DNA of 64,000 nt from Nitrosopumilus sp. (GCA_965218695.1 OZ244651.1:1184001-1248000); one strand, 5' to 3'; numbered from the stretch's first letter, positions 31,357-42,264 are shown. A program made the numbers and translations. Notes: generated from the sequence alone by a model not told the origin.

Positions 31357-31968
31357 CTAGCCCGATTCCTGCAGGGCGCGGATCAGTTCTGCACGCCTGG
31401 TCTCCTCTGTTATGGCAGACCTTACATCCTCGACTAGGATCCTGTTGACGTCTATCTTTCTTCGAGACTCCTTGAGGACCTTGTCGTACATTGAAAACGT
31501 GTAGAGGTGAAGATACATCTCCTCCATTATCCCGAAGATCCTGGCCGCCTCGTCTGCCTTGCCGGTCCGAATGCTGTCCAGGATCATCCTCTTGAGCTCC
31601 CCGACGCAGTCCAGCAGCCCCAGCACGTATGACTCTGGCATTACCTTGAGGTTCTTGTCCGTGGGGATCCTCCTTTTCTGTGCTACGGCCAGAAGGCATG
31701 ATGCCTCTACAAGCTCCTGCTCGGGGGTGATGAGGTACCTCTTGAGCTCCCCTGTAGCCATCTTTCTGTACTCGGCTAACAGCGCGTCTGCCTTCTTCAG
31801 GCCCTCTTGTCCCTCCTGAAGGTCGCCCTTGTGGATTGCAATTATTGCCTTGCTGCACAAGGAGATCACCCCCCTGGTGTTCCCCAAAAGAAACTCCCTT
31901 GCCTCCTGAACCTTCTCCAGATGCTTTTCAATTCTGCCAAGCGCGGGTATTGCATTGCGCAGCGTCAT
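31357..31968 (-). CDS. Translin-family protein
   Basis: QELVEA and YVLGLLDCVGELKR motifs. Confidence 0.9.
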   Translation of the reverse strand: MTLRNAIPALGRIEKHLEKVQEAREFLLGNTRGVISLCSKAIIAIHKGDLQEGQEGLKKADALLAEYRKMATGELKRYLITPEQELVEASCLLAVAQKRRIPTDKNLKVMPESYVLGLLDCVGELKRMILDSIRTGKADEAARIFGIMEEMYLHLYTFSMYDKVLKESRRKIDVNRILVEDVRSAITEETRRAELIRALQESG

Positions 31969-32211
31969 TGCGCAGGCATCCTGCGTGATTCTGCACTAGT
32001 GTCGACTCGATCACCCTGATGGATACGCCTGTCCGGATATGACTTGGGTCTGTGCAACGGTGTGCTGTGCTGTAATCCTTGTTAAATTGCTTGCGCCGTA
32101 TCCGTAAAATTACAATCTTGCATCTTCTGCTGGCGTGACCCCATCGCCATGTTTTGTATGCCCCGGGTGCCGGCGTGTCTGGGTTCTGATTAATGACTCC
32201 CTGCTGTGATC

Positions 32212-32769
32212 TTATTCCCGTTGCACGGGAAGACTGCAGGAGGCATCAGTCCTGCCATACCATCTGCCAAGTTCGGCCAACAGCGCCCCTAAATTATCTG
32301 TAAATGCCGCATCGCCGCCAAAATAATTTACATCCTTTGCGCGGTCTTCGATCTCCTGTGCCGTTATGGAATGCGTCCTGATGCATGACTGTACGTCTTG
32401 TACGTCGTGGTTCCGCCTGCTAATTTTTGTAATAACCAGGTCGACTGGATGCAACACCCTCAACTCAATATTTTTAAAATCCGTCTTGACAATTTTGCTG
32501 CGGCTCAGATAGTCTGAGGGCAGGATGTTTATGAACACCGCCCCGTCCTGAAAAACGTCCACGGGAAATCTTGGATTGACGATCTTTTTTGCCCGTACGA
32601 ATTCGTTGTAATGCTTGCTTGGCAGGGTAAACCATACGTTTTTGGTGGATGCCTTTATTCCTGTAAGGACCATTGCCGTGTCGTCGACTGCAACAAGCAC
32701 AATATCGCACCGGAGCTCGTCGTCTATGTGTTCGAAAAATTCCACGAGCCTGTCATTGTTAAGGAACAT
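32212..32769 (-). CDS. DUF6036-like nucleotidyltransferase, degenerate motif
   Basis: TAMVL.GIK.STK and PVDLVITKISR...DVQD pattern; the expected GG and DxD read DD and NVW. Confidence 0.6.
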   Translation of the reverse strand: MFLNNDRLVEFFEHIDDELRCDIVLVAVDDTAMVLTGIKASTKNVWFTLPSKHYNEFVRAKKIVNPRFPVDVFQDGAVFINILPSDYLSRSKIVKTDFKNIELRVLHPVDLVITKISRRNHDVQDVQSCIRTHSITAQEIEDRAKDVNYFGGDAAFTDNLGALLAELGRWYGRTDASCSLPVQRE

Positions 32770-33119
32770 CGGTCAGACCTGTTTTTTTCCTGTTCGTATT
32801 TATGCCTACCTTTTAATCCTCGGCAGATACGGTGTTTCGCACCGGTCCGTTTTTTTCGAAATGTTTTTGCCATCTTGATTTTTAGATTCCTGACATGTCC
32901 AAAAAATTATTGCTAAAATCATACCCGTCTGCAGGAAGCGGCAATAAATCATGGTTTATTTCTTGACGGCTTGTTGCAATTACGTCACCGTCGCACCCTG
33001 CATGCCTCTGGTCTGGAGTAGGACTGCATTACATCAGATTACCGTGCAGGATGCGTCATTCAAAGGCATGCCGCAAGTCATTACTAATTATTATATAATT
33101 ATGTGCAGCACCCAATAAT

Positions 33120-34830
33120 ATGATCGATAATTGCAAACCGTCCACTGCTACCTATATGCGTAGTCGGGGACATAATGTTTCGCTAATTTGACGGTGCGGA
33201 TTTGTGAGCAAACAACCGAAAAACTTTGATCCTAGGACATATTGAAAATTGGCATGATATTTTCAAAGGCGCTGTGCAGGAAAGACAGGCTGCCCAAGGG
33301 CAACGAATTCCTGCAGGATACAAACCAAGATGAGATCCTCCGGATGATTAACCAGACGCCGTCCGGCAAGGCGCGGGACATATTGGTTGCATGCCACAAG
33401 AGAAAAGCCGGGATGAGCCTGCACGCCATATCGAGTGCGATGATGAAGCCGTATTCCACCATACGCGGCTGGCTGGTAAGGGTCACCAGGCGCGGGCTGG
33501 CAGGCAGGTTTGACAAAAAGTCTACCGGAAGAAGGAGGATGCTGGGAGAACGCTCGGTTTGGATGATAAAGGCCTGGCTCCTGGAGGCGCCGTCAAAATT
33601 CGGGTTCGAGTCCGCGTCATGGAGCACAAGGATGCTGCTTGGTGTAATCATGGACTGGATCGGCATGGGCGCCAGCGCCCGTACGCTGCGACGGGTATTG
33701 CGCCGGCTCGGATTCTCATACACGAAACCAAGACCCGTGCCCCGCAGGTCTGCCACGGCAGAAGAACAAAAGCGGTTCAAGGAGGAGACGACCGAGTCTA
33801 TCCTAGGCATGATTTCGAGTGGACGCACGGTACTTGCAGGAGACGAGGTCGCAGTCCAGCTGGGGGCAAGCGCCGGGTACGGGTGGAGGCCAATCGGAGG
33901 CGGCAATACGGTAGACACGGCGTTCAGCACAAAGTCATCCCGGATGTTTGGCGCGCTGTCATCTGAGAGGATCCACGTAAAGGACGTAGAGTACACAAAT
34001 TCCGAGACGTTCAAGGATTTCCTGACGGACATGCGCCAGACGTACGGGAAATTTGTCATGATCTTGGACAACGCGTCATACCACAAGACCGACACGGTCA
34101 CGGATTTTGTAAATGGTACCAACGGGGACATACGGCTGATATTCCTCCCGCCGTACACCCCACAGCTCAACCCCATCGAGGTCCAGTGGAGGGTGCTCAA
34201 GAAAACACTTGCCGGGCGGCAGTTCAAAACAACAGATGAAGTCGTGGATGTCGTCAAGAGAATAATCAACTCAGGCGAGATGAAGCCGGTCAAGATGATG
34301 AAATATCTTACGCCGTAAAGGCATTCCCGGAAATTCTTGCAACAAACTTAGTCAGATTACATCCCTGTACCCTGCCAACTTGGTATAATTCTAAGATGGG
34401 CGGTAGCTACAGTCTGGACGGGAAAAAGAGCGAAACATTATGTCCCCGACTATGCGTATATCTGCTGTTCACCTGTCCCTGCTTGCAATCTGCTCCGTCG
34501 GCATCTACCTTGACTCCATTGGGAATGATGCTGAACCTGGCGTCCATGAACCCCTGGCATCCCAGATCATGAGTGGACATGGCAATAATGCCTATGGGGT
34601 GGCTGCTCCGGAGGCAGGCCATGATCAATATTTTACACCCGTCACCGCAGTGGATGATTCTCCACCCGGCTGGCCTTATATGGACAATGAAGGCTGGCTT
34701 GCCCCCTCTGTTGCAAACATCGACGACTTGAACGATGACGGCATAAACGGCCCTGCAGCCGGCACTGGTGCAGGAGGCGCCTAAGGGGTGCTGTGCGCAC
34801 GCCATCTCCATGAATCGTGGTGACGCCCCA
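33120..34830 (+). pseudogene. Degraded secreted FG-GAP/integrin-like repeat protein, 5' end split by an IS630-like element
   Basis: Rejoined frame MIDNCKPSTATY-MRISAVHLSLLAI; SVANIDDLNDDGI resembles an FG-GAP repeat; early stop at 34784. Confidence 0.55.
33161..34452 (+). mobile_element. IS630-like element type F, intact transposase 33242-34318
   Basis: Perfect 23-bp TIR TAGTCGGGGACATAATGTTTCGC; flanking direct repeat TGCG; GDEV, LDNASYH and LNPIE motifs. Confidence 0.93.
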
Positions 34831-34981
34831 CAAGGGACAGTTGGGATAAAGCGGCGCTCCCAACGGGAATCTTGAAGAGGCGCCACATGAAATAATTATC
34901 ATAATTAATGGATCTGCACAGTCGCATGTGCCGGATTTCATGCACATAACTCTTATTTTGGTTCCAACGTTCCAGTAGATC

Positions 34982-35626
34982 ATGGGGATTACAGTAAGCC
35001 AGATGTATGCAATTGAAAACAAGGGCCATGCCATGGGATTCCTGAAAAAATTCATGATGGAAAACGCCGGCGCGGCTGCCGTCAGAAGGCTGATCGAGGA
35101 GTTTGGCGCAGTGGAGTCCAAGAACGTGCTGGTTCTTGCCGGACTGGGAAACAACGGCGGGGACGGCATGGTCATGGCAAGGCACCTTGCAGGCCGCGGG
35201 GCCAAGGTGTCCGTGGTGCTCTTGGGGGATCCGCAGGAGATCAAGACCGATGAGAGCCGGTGGAACTGGTCCATCCTGGAGAAGATGCCGTCTGTAAAAC
35301 TGCTCCAAAGTCTGACTGATTATACCCGTCCCCCGGATATCATAATTGACGGAATTCTTGGCACCGGAATATCCGGGGAGATTCGCGAGCCGTACTCCTC
35401 TGCAATAAACCACATCAACCAGACCAGGTGCTACAAGGTTGCAGTGGATGTGCCCTCGGGACTGGATCCGCAGACGGGCAGCACTGCAAACATCTTTGTC
35501 AAATGCGACATGACGGTGACCTTTCACAAGATGAAGCGGGGCATTCCAAAAAGGAGGGATCTGACCGGCCCCATACACGTCGAAGAGATCGGAATTCCGC
35601 CCGAGGCTGAGGAGGGAATCCTGTGA
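34982..35626 (+). CDS. nnrE: NAD(P)H-hydrate epimerase (YjeF N-terminal)
   Basis: MENAG, GLGNNGGDG, IDGILGTG and AVDVPSG motifs. Confidence 0.93.
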   Translation: MGITVSQMYAIENKGHAMGFLKKFMMENAGAAAVRRLIEEFGAVESKNVLVLAGLGNNGGDGMVMARHLAGRGAKVSVVLLGDPQEIKTDESRWNWSILEKMPSVKLLQSLTDYTRPPDIIIDGILGTGISGEIREPYSSAINHINQTRCYKVAVDVPSGLDPQTGSTANIFVKCDMTVTFHKMKRGIPKRRDLTGPIHVEEIGIPPEAEEGIL

Positions 35627-36234
35627 AGGTCCATCAGGTTCCGGTCGGCAGCATGCAGAACTTTACCTATGTCGTCGAGGACGAGGAGACCGGCAAGGCA
35701 GTAGTCATTGATCCGTCATGGGATCTGGCAGAGCTGGACCTCATCATAAAGCGCAACGATCTCACCGTGGAGTACATTGTAAATACGCACCACCATTTTG
35801 ATCACACCCTGGGAAACAGGGCAATGGCAGAGTCAACCATGGCCAAGATCGTACAGCACGAGGCCTCCGGGCTGGAACACGACATCTCCGTGAATGACGG
35901 TGATCATATCGAGTTTGGCAACTCCCGGCTCAGGGTGGCCCACACACCGGGCCACTCCAAGGACAGCATATGCCTAGTCGGGGACGGAAAGATCTTCTCA
36001 GGCGATACCCTGTTTGTCGGTAATTGCGGCCGCGTGGACCTTCCCGGAGGCAGTGCCAAGGACCTGTACCATGCGCTCTTTGACACCCTGTACGTCATGG
36101 ATGACAGTCTGGTCGTCTACCCTGGGCACAACTACGGCTCCTCGAATACATCCACCATCGGACACGAGAAGGCAACCAATCCGGTAATGCAGATGCGGAC
36201 CGAGCTTCAGTTTGTCAGGATGATGGGCCAGTGA
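35623..36234 (+). CDS. Metallo-beta-lactamase-fold hydrolase (glyoxalase II-like)
   Basis: THHHFDH, HTPGH, SGDTLF and YPGH motifs. Confidence 0.92.
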   Translation: MKVHQVPVGSMQNFTYVVEDEETGKAVVIDPSWDLAELDLIIKRNDLTVEYIVNTHHHFDHTLGNRAMAESTMAKIVQHEASGLEHDISVNDGDHIEFGNSRLRVAHTPGHSKDSICLVGDGKIFSGDTLFVGNCGRVDLPGGSAKDLYHALFDTLYVMDDSLVVYPGHNYGSSNTSTIGHEKATNPVMQMRTELQFVRMMGQ

Positions 36235-37298
36235 CATCCTTGGATGATCTTACCATTATAGGAAACGCCGGCAGGGCCAGGGAATTCATGGACTCCCTGA
36301 CGTCTGGCAGGTTCCTCTTCTCCCTTGCCCTTTCGTACACTGAGACATGCAGGATTCCCGGAATTACCATTGCCGGCGCAGACAGGGATCTGATGCAGTT
36401 TACCCCGCCTGCCGACGCCGAATACCTCCACTACGGTCACTGCAAGAGCATGGATGCGATTCCGATGACTCCTGACGGCATGCCGACGCCGGCGTTGCTA
36501 ACCAAGACTGCGCTGGAGTCCTCAAGCATCCCGCACCTTGTCATCAATGCCGGCTCCAAGATCCCCCCGATGCTGCCGTTCATCAATACGGGCCTTCCGT
36601 TTGGAATGGACATATCGGCCCAAGACGCAATGACTGACGCGGCAGTATCCGGCGCCGTGGACTATGGCCGGATTGTAGGCAGAAGCTTGGCATCCCTGAC
36701 TGACTGCCTGGTCGTAGGCGAGAGCATTCCTGGCGGAACCACCACTGCGCTTGCCGTACTGCGCGCCATGGGATTTGATGCCCAGACCAGCTCCAGCATA
36801 CCCACGAATCCCGTCCAACTCAAGAACCAGACCGTAGCGGCCGCAATTGCAAGACTAGACTCGGATCTTCCCTACCGGATAGTCGCACAGGTCGGGGATC
36901 CGATGATTCCGTTTGTGGCCGGAATGCTCAGCTCCGCCTCCGAGGTATCCAGGGTCATGCTGGCAGGCGGAACCCAGATGGCTGCCGTGCTTGCGTTTGC
37001 ATCCGAAGTCGGCTTTAACGTGGAAAACACCGTCATCGGAACCACCTCATACGTGGCAGACGATCCAAGCGCGGACTTTGCAGGCCTGGTAAGGTCGGTG
37101 GGGGACGTTCCTGCCATCTCAGTTGACATGCACTTGGAAAGATCCATGTATTCCGGCCTGAGGGCATTCTCGCAGGGATTTGCAAAGGAGGGGGCAGGAG
37201 CAGGCGGCGCTGTCATATCCTCAATGATAAAGTCCGGAATCGATTCGTCGAGGTTTCTGGCGCTGGCAGAGTCCGAGTACCGGCGGCTCTCTACTTGA
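36231..37298 (+). CDS. cobT: CobT-like nicotinate-mononucleotide-dependent phosphoribosyltransferase (TIGR00303 type)
   Basis: IPGITIAG, PTPA, GESIPGGTTTA, LAGGTQM and KEGAGAGG motifs. Confidence 0.85.
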   Translation: MTSLDDLTIIGNAGRAREFMDSLTSGRFLFSLALSYTETCRIPGITIAGADRDLMQFTPPADAEYLHYGHCKSMDAIPMTPDGMPTPALLTKTALESSSIPHLVINAGSKIPPMLPFINTGLPFGMDISAQDAMTDAAVSGAVDYGRIVGRSLASLTDCLVVGESIPGGTTTALAVLRAMGFDAQTSSSIPTNPVQLKNQTVAAAIARLDSDLPYRIVAQVGDPMIPFVAGMLSSASEVSRVMLAGGTQMAAVLAFASEVGFNVENTVIGTTSYVADDPSADFAGLVRSVGDVPAISVDMHLERSMYSGLRAFSQGFAKEGAGAGGAVISSMIKSGIDSSRFLALAESEYRRLST

Positions 37299-39045
37299 CT
37301 GTGACTGACTTTGCAAGGTTCCTGGGGTGATCGGGATCCGCGTTCCTCCCGAGCGCCGCATAGTATGCCAGCAGCTGGATTGGAATTATCTCTGCCATGG
37401 GGTATGCGGCCCTGCCGGCCTTGGGAACCTCAATCCAGTAGTCGTACACGTCACTTTTGACATCGGATACTCCGATTATCTTTGCACCCCTGGCCTTGAT
37501 CTCCCTTGCCCCGATCAGGGTGTCTGCATGCGTCGGGTCGTCCGGATTGATCACTATGGCCAGTATGTCCGAATCCATCATGGCCAGCGTTCCGTGCTTC
37601 ATCTCGCCTCCCGGCACACCCTCTGCGTGAATGTACGTCAGCTCCTTTAGCTTCAGTGCAGCCTCCTTGGCAATCGGATAATGAATCCCCCTTCCAAGTA
37701 TGTAGATGTCAGCGACATCCCTCATCTCCTCTGCAATCCTCCGGATCTCTGCATGATCCTTCAGCACCTCTGCTGCCGCCCGGGAGATCCCTGCAAAGTC
37801 GATCCCCGTGCCCGTTATCTCCTGTACTATCCTGTACAGTATGGCAAGCTGCGATGTAAAGCTCTTCGTCGCAGCCACCCCTATCTCCGGTCCGCAGTTC
37901 ATCCCGATTACCACATCAGACTCGCGCGCCAGGGATGACATTGGCAGATTGACGATGGACACTATGCGGCAGCCTGCCCTTTTTGCAATGCCTACTGCCT
38001 CGAGCACGTCTGCGCTCTCGCCGCTCTGCGATATGGCAATCAGGACCGAGTTACTCCCGATGCCGTCTGCCACAAACCCAAACTCGCTTGACACTATGGC
38101 CTCTGTCTTGATTCTGGCGTGCCTTGAAAGGATCTGTCTTGCCACCAGCGCCGCGTTATAGCTGGTGCCGCTCCCCGTGATGTAGACCTCTTTTGCATCC
38201 ATGATGCATCCTGCCGCCTCTGCAATCTCTTCTGAGGCAGTCATGCCGGACTCGAGTATGGTCCTGTCCTGCTCGCATATCTCCTTGAGGGTAAAGTGCG
38301 CATAGTCCCCCTTGTAGACATCCCCGAACTCCCTTGAGACCTTGGTGATGGCATACTTTATGGGACTCTGGTCAAACCCAAAGATGGCAGGCACCCCGCC
38401 GCTGACTACTGCAAAACTGCCGTTTTCCATGTATATGGCATCGTCTGCGTACTCTATGAATCCCAGGACGTCGCTTGAGAGGAACAGCCCGCCTGAGCCG
38501 ATCCCTATTATCAGGGATTCGTGAAACTTTGCAGCCGCCAGGGTGCCGTCGGCAAACATGGCCACAAACGCATAATGTCCTTTGAGCGCCCGGACAGTCA
38601 TTGCGACTGCCTTTACGATGTCCTTTGTCGACTCGTAGCTCCTCTGAAGCAGGTTTGCAATCACCTCGCTGTCAGTCTCGCTTTTGAAGACGTATCCCTC
38701 TCCCTTGAGCATCTCCTTGAGGTCCTCAAAATTCTCCACCACCCCGTTGTGGACTATGGCAATCTCTCCGGAGTTGCTCGGGTGCGGGTGGGCATTGGTG
38801 TCTGTAACCGTGCCGTGGGTGGCCCATCTGGTGTGGCCTATGCCTGTTCTTCCGGGCATGACATCCAGCCTGACCTTTGCGTTGACCTGGCTGACCCTTC
38901 CGACACCCTTTCTTGTCTCGATCTTTCCCCCGAACCCGGTTGCCAGTCCGACGCTGTCATACCCGCGGTACTCCATCCTCTCCAATCCCTTTACCATGAT
39001 TGGAGCGGCCGCGCCGTCCCCGCTATACCCTATAATGGAACACAT
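37291..39045 (-). CDS. glmS: Glutamine--fructose-6-phosphate transaminase
   Basis: N-terminal MC, EYRGYDS, HTRWATHG, SQSGE and PRNLAKSVTVK motifs. Confidence 0.97.
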   Translation of the reverse strand: MCSIIGYSGDGAAAPIMVKGLERMEYRGYDSVGLATGFGGKIETRKGVGRVSQVNAKVRLDVMPGRTGIGHTRWATHGTVTDTNAHPHPSNSGEIAIVHNGVVENFEDLKEMLKGEGYVFKSETDSEVIANLLQRSYESTKDIVKAVAMTVRALKGHYAFVAMFADGTLAAAKFHESLIIGIGSGGLFLSSDVLGFIEYADDAIYMENGSFAVVSGGVPAIFGFDQSPIKYAITKVSREFGDVYKGDYAHFTLKEICEQDRTILESGMTASEEIAEAAGCIMDAKEVYITGSGTSYNAALVARQILSRHARIKTEAIVSSEFGFVADGIGSNSVLIAISQSGESADVLEAVGIAKRAGCRIVSIVNLPMSSLARESDVVIGMNCGPEIGVAATKSFTSQLAILYRIVQEITGTGIDFAGISRAAAEVLKDHAEIRRIAEEMRDVADIYILGRGIHYPIAKEAALKLKELTYIHAEGVPGGEMKHGTLAMMDSDILAIVINPDDPTHADTLIGAREIKARGAKIIGVSDVKSDVYDYWIEVPKAGRAAYPMAEIIPIQLLAYYAALGRNADPDHPRNLAKSVTVK

Positions 39046-39084
39046 GAAGATCCTCCCGCGGACAGTCCCTTGGTCGGCATGTGC

Positions 39085-39648
39085 CTATGACTCTTCGGAC
39101 TCATCTGGTACGGTCGCCGAGGCACCACCACCGCCATCGTCTGGTTCTGCCTTTTTGAACATCTCTGAGATCTTTGACTCTGGTGCAAACCTTACGCTGT
39201 CCTCCTCTGCTATCGTGACTGTATATGATGGAATGTCTACCCTTCTCTCCCCTACCATGATGTGGCCGTGCACCACTGCCTGCCTTGCCTGGTACGGGGT
39301 CTTGAATCCGAGCTTCTTTGTGACGATCGTCTGCAGTCTTCGCGCAAGCAGATCCTTGACGTTTAGATTAAGGACATCATCAAGCGTTGCATCCTGGCTG
39401 ACCAGCCCGATCTTGGCAAGTGATCTCATCAGGATCGGCTCCTTTTCGATCCTGACCTCCTGTCTGAGCGCAAGCAGCGACCTTGCCTGGTGTCTTACTC
39501 TGGACAGCTCGGTATGGGCCTTCCACAGCTCCCTCTTGGTTCTGAGCCCAAACGTGCCCAGCGTCTCAAGTTCGCTCATCTTCAGGTCATAGTTGAGGGG
39601 CCTCTTCGGCTTCCTCCATGTCCTTCGTGGATATTTTGGGTCTCCCAT
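39085..39648 (-). CDS. rps4: 30S ribosomal protein S4 (uS4)
   Basis: MGDPK, RRLQT and ARQAVVHGHI motifs. Confidence 0.96.
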   Translation of the reverse strand: MGDPKYPRRTWRKPKRPLNYDLKMSELETLGTFGLRTKRELWKAHTELSRVRHQARSLLALRQEVRIEKEPILMRSLAKIGLVSQDATLDDVLNLNVKDLLARRLQTIVTKKLGFKTPYQARQAVVHGHIMVGERRVDIPSYTVTIAEEDSVRFAPESKISEMFKKAEPDDGGGGASATVPDESEES

Positions 39649-39661
39649 TGCGTATCACCTG

Positions 39662-40135
39662 TTAACTCCCGGAGCCCTTCGATGCCTGACCGCCCTTTGC
39701 AACGCCGACTGCGCCGCCCCGCCTGCTTGAGGTTCTGGTCCTCTGTCCCCTTACCTTCAGGCCGCTGAGGTGACGGTAGGCCCTCCAGCTTGCGATGACG
39801 CGCTCCCTTTCGATGTCGTTTCTAAGCGTAAACGGAATGTCTGATGTAAGCAGGTGCATGTCCTTTCCTGTCTCTATGTCCTTGCGCCTGTTGAGGAACC
39901 ATATTGGAAAGTTTGCAGCGACGGGATCCGTAATCACCCTCTCGATTGACTCCACCTGGCCGTCAGTGAGATCCCCGATGTTCGAGTTCGGGTTGATTCC
40001 CAGGGTGTCGATGACTGCAGTTGCAAAACTCTGGCCTATTCCCTTTATCTGGGTCAGCCCCACAAGCGTCTTCTTCTCTCCGGGAATGTCGTTGCCGACT
40101 ATCCTTACGATGTGTCTGTATTCCTGGCTGCTCAA
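39662..40135 (-). CDS. rps13: 30S ribosomal protein S13 (uS13)
   Basis: [13 protein letters not shown] and [10 protein letters not shown] motifs; TTG start inferred. Confidence 0.95.
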   Translation of the reverse strand: MSSQEYRHIVRIVGNDIPGEKKTLVGLTQIKGIGQSFATAVIDTLGINPNSNIGDLTDGQVESIERVITDPVAANFPIWFLNRRKDIETGKDMHLLTSDIPFTLRNDIERERVIASWRAYRHLSGLKVRGQRTRTSSRRGGAVGVAKGGQASKGSGS

Positions 40136-40247
40136 GTACTCCAAGATTCGAAGAAACCCCGATAAAAACCATGCTAGATTCTAGGCCCAGCAATGCCCTG
40201 ACAGATGATGAGGCCGATGCTGACATCATCATGCCCCATGAACCGTC

Positions 40248-40400
40248 TCATCTAAAGTCCTCCTTGCTTGTCCAGTTCTTCCCCTGCACGTTCCACTGGC
40301 CGCACCTGCAGCACCTTTTGATTCCACGCTGCGCGTCTATCCCTATGCAGAAGCAGTGCTCGCCCCTGCCTGACGGATCCTTCATGCACAGTCCCTGCAT
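40248..40400 (-). CDS. Putative 50-aa Cys-rich (Zn-binding?) small protein
   Basis: Hand translation MQGLCMKDPSGRGEHCFCIGIDAQRGIKRCCRCGQWNVQGKNWTSKEDFR; below the track cut-off. Confidence 0.5.
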   Translation of the reverse strand: MQGLCMKDPSGRGEHCFCIGIDAQRGIKRCCRCGQWNVQGKNWTSKEDFR

Positions 40401-40643
40401 GATCCCATATGCGCCCGTATCCTAATTACCTTATTGGGTGTCTGTTGGAGCGCCATCCTGCAGAACAGCCATGTCTGGTCTTGCTCTGCCGCGTCTTGTG
40501 TGTGTGATGTGCTGGTCTTGCCTGTACAGATGGGACGTTGGTGGGGCATACTGACAGCCTGGCCGTCGTGCACGCACCCGCATGTGATCCGGGCATCGGC
40601 ACATGTCTGATACGAGTACTCATAAAGATGGGCGTGATAATGT

Positions 40644-42086
40644 ATGCTTGTGAGGCGCAGGGGACTTTGCTGTATGGTGCTTGCATTGGCAGTCGTCGCA
40701 GCGTTCTCCGGCATCGAGCATGCTTATTCGCAGAGCGAACCGATACCCGGGTGGGTGGGGAACGTGTTTGGCCTGTGGGCAGAGGGAGGCATCACCGACT
40801 ATGAGCTGCTCGAAGCCATTACGTACCTTGCAAATGTTGGCGTGATATCTGTCCACTCTGCAGCCGACCTGGAAGAGATCGCAAGACTACACCAGTTAAA
40901 CGCGGATCTGCGGAATCATTCCATTGAGATTAACAAGAACTACGAGCAGTTACGCCAAGAATACGACATGCTAGTGGAGTCATACAACGAGCTGCTGGCC
41001 GACAATCCAGATCCGGCCGAGGACGAGGAATCGATTCTGCCCGATGCAGATCCAGATGCATCGCCTGGCCTGGATGATGATGATGATGTCCCTGCCGGAG
41101 ACGAACCGCAGTCTGCCATAGAAGAGAGCAGGCTGCTCATGCTGGAACTGATAAACGGGGAACGCGTCCGGGCCGGATTGAACATGGTTGCCATGGGCAA
41201 TAACAGCGCCGCCCAGACCCATGCAGACAACATACTGGAAGGGTGTTCTGCCAGCCACTGGGGGCTGGACGGCCTAAAGCCGTACATGCGGTACACGCTG
41301 GACGGCGGATACCAATCCAATGCCGAAAATGTCCATGGAGCAAGATACTGCGCAGGCACTGGCCTCTCTCCTGAAACTCCCAACGAGGGCGTCCGCGAGG
41401 CGATGTGGGGGCTTATGGCAAGCCCGGGCCACAGGGACAACGTACTCGATCCCAACCATGCCCTGGTAAACATCGGCATAGCCCATGACGGGTACAACAC
41501 GATGGTCGTCCAGCATTTCGAGTATGACGTTGTGCAGTTTGAAACCCTTCCGGAGATAAGTAAAGGGATAGTCTCTTTTTCTGCCATGATAAAACACCCT
41601 TGGGAATTTGACGAATATTCAGTCATTCTTTATTACGATCCGCCACCGCACAGCCTCACGGCGGGTCAGACATCTCACACGTACTGCTACCACTACGGCG
41701 AGCCTGTCGTCTATGTCCGGCCCATACTGCAGAGTGGGTGGGAGTATGCAGATAATGCCTGGACTTGGAACACCCAAAAATGCCCCGACCCCTACGATCT
41801 CTCCGAGTCACTGCCGGCACCGTCCTCGCCTGAAGAGGCCACCCGGAACTGGGAGGCGGCCAAAAAAACCAAGATCCCAGTCACATTCAGCGTGCCGGCA
41901 ACCACCACAAACCACTGGACCGCTCTGGGGGATCACTTTGAGATCATGGCCAACATCATAGACCAGCTGAAGCAGCACGGTCCGGGAGTATACACTGTCG
42001 CCGTGTATGGCGTGGTCGAGGGAAGATCCATAGAGATCGCATCGTACTCTGTCTTCCATGAAATTCCGGTACCTGAGGGATACTAG
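40644..42086 (+). CDS. Secreted CAP/SCP-domain protein with N-terminal IPxW..W..G.I.D..YL module
   Basis: Signal peptide; LINGER..GL, AAQTHA, SH, AEN and LMASPGHRDNVL CAP motifs. Confidence 0.88.
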   Translation: MLVRRRGLCCMVLALAVVAAFSGIEHAYSQSEPIPGWVGNVFGLWAEGGITDYELLEAITYLANVGVISVHSAADLEEIARLHQLNADLRNHSIEINKNYEQLRQEYDMLVESYNELLADNPDPAEDEESILPDADPDASPGLDDDDDVPAGDEPQSAIEESRLLMLELINGERVRAGLNMVAMGNNSAAQTHADNILEGCSASHWGLDGLKPYMRYTLDGGYQSNAENVHGARYCAGTGLSPETPNEGVREAMWGLMASPGHRDNVLDPNHALVNIGIAHDGYNTMVVQHFEYDVVQFETLPEISKGIVSFSAMIKHPWEFDEYSVILYYDPPPHSLTAGQTSHTYCYHYGEPVVYVRPILQSGWEYADNAWTWNTQKCPDPYDLSESLPAPSSPEEATRNWEAAKKTKIPVTFSVPATTTNHWTALGDHFEIMANIIDQLKQHGPGVYTVAVYGVVEGRSIEIASYSVFHEIPVPEGY

Positions 42087-42264
42087 CCTGTCAAGGTATG
42101 GTGCGCGTGATGCGGCCTGCCACAGGCAACGCTCCCAAGCGTTCCCTCGTACCGTGCTTGATGCCGGCTAGCTGTAATGATTTTCGCACCATGTGCCAGC
42201 CCGGAATCCGGAGGGCATGCTGATGCCATGTCAATCACACCCCGGCCAAGACCGTGCGTTGGCC

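Noticed and set aside
33232-34293. Long antisense ORFs over transposases and core genes (also 14165-14935, 20389-21354, 55603-56568, 38684-39592)
   Set aside because: Shadow frames of GC-rich coding sequence with no recognisable motifs.
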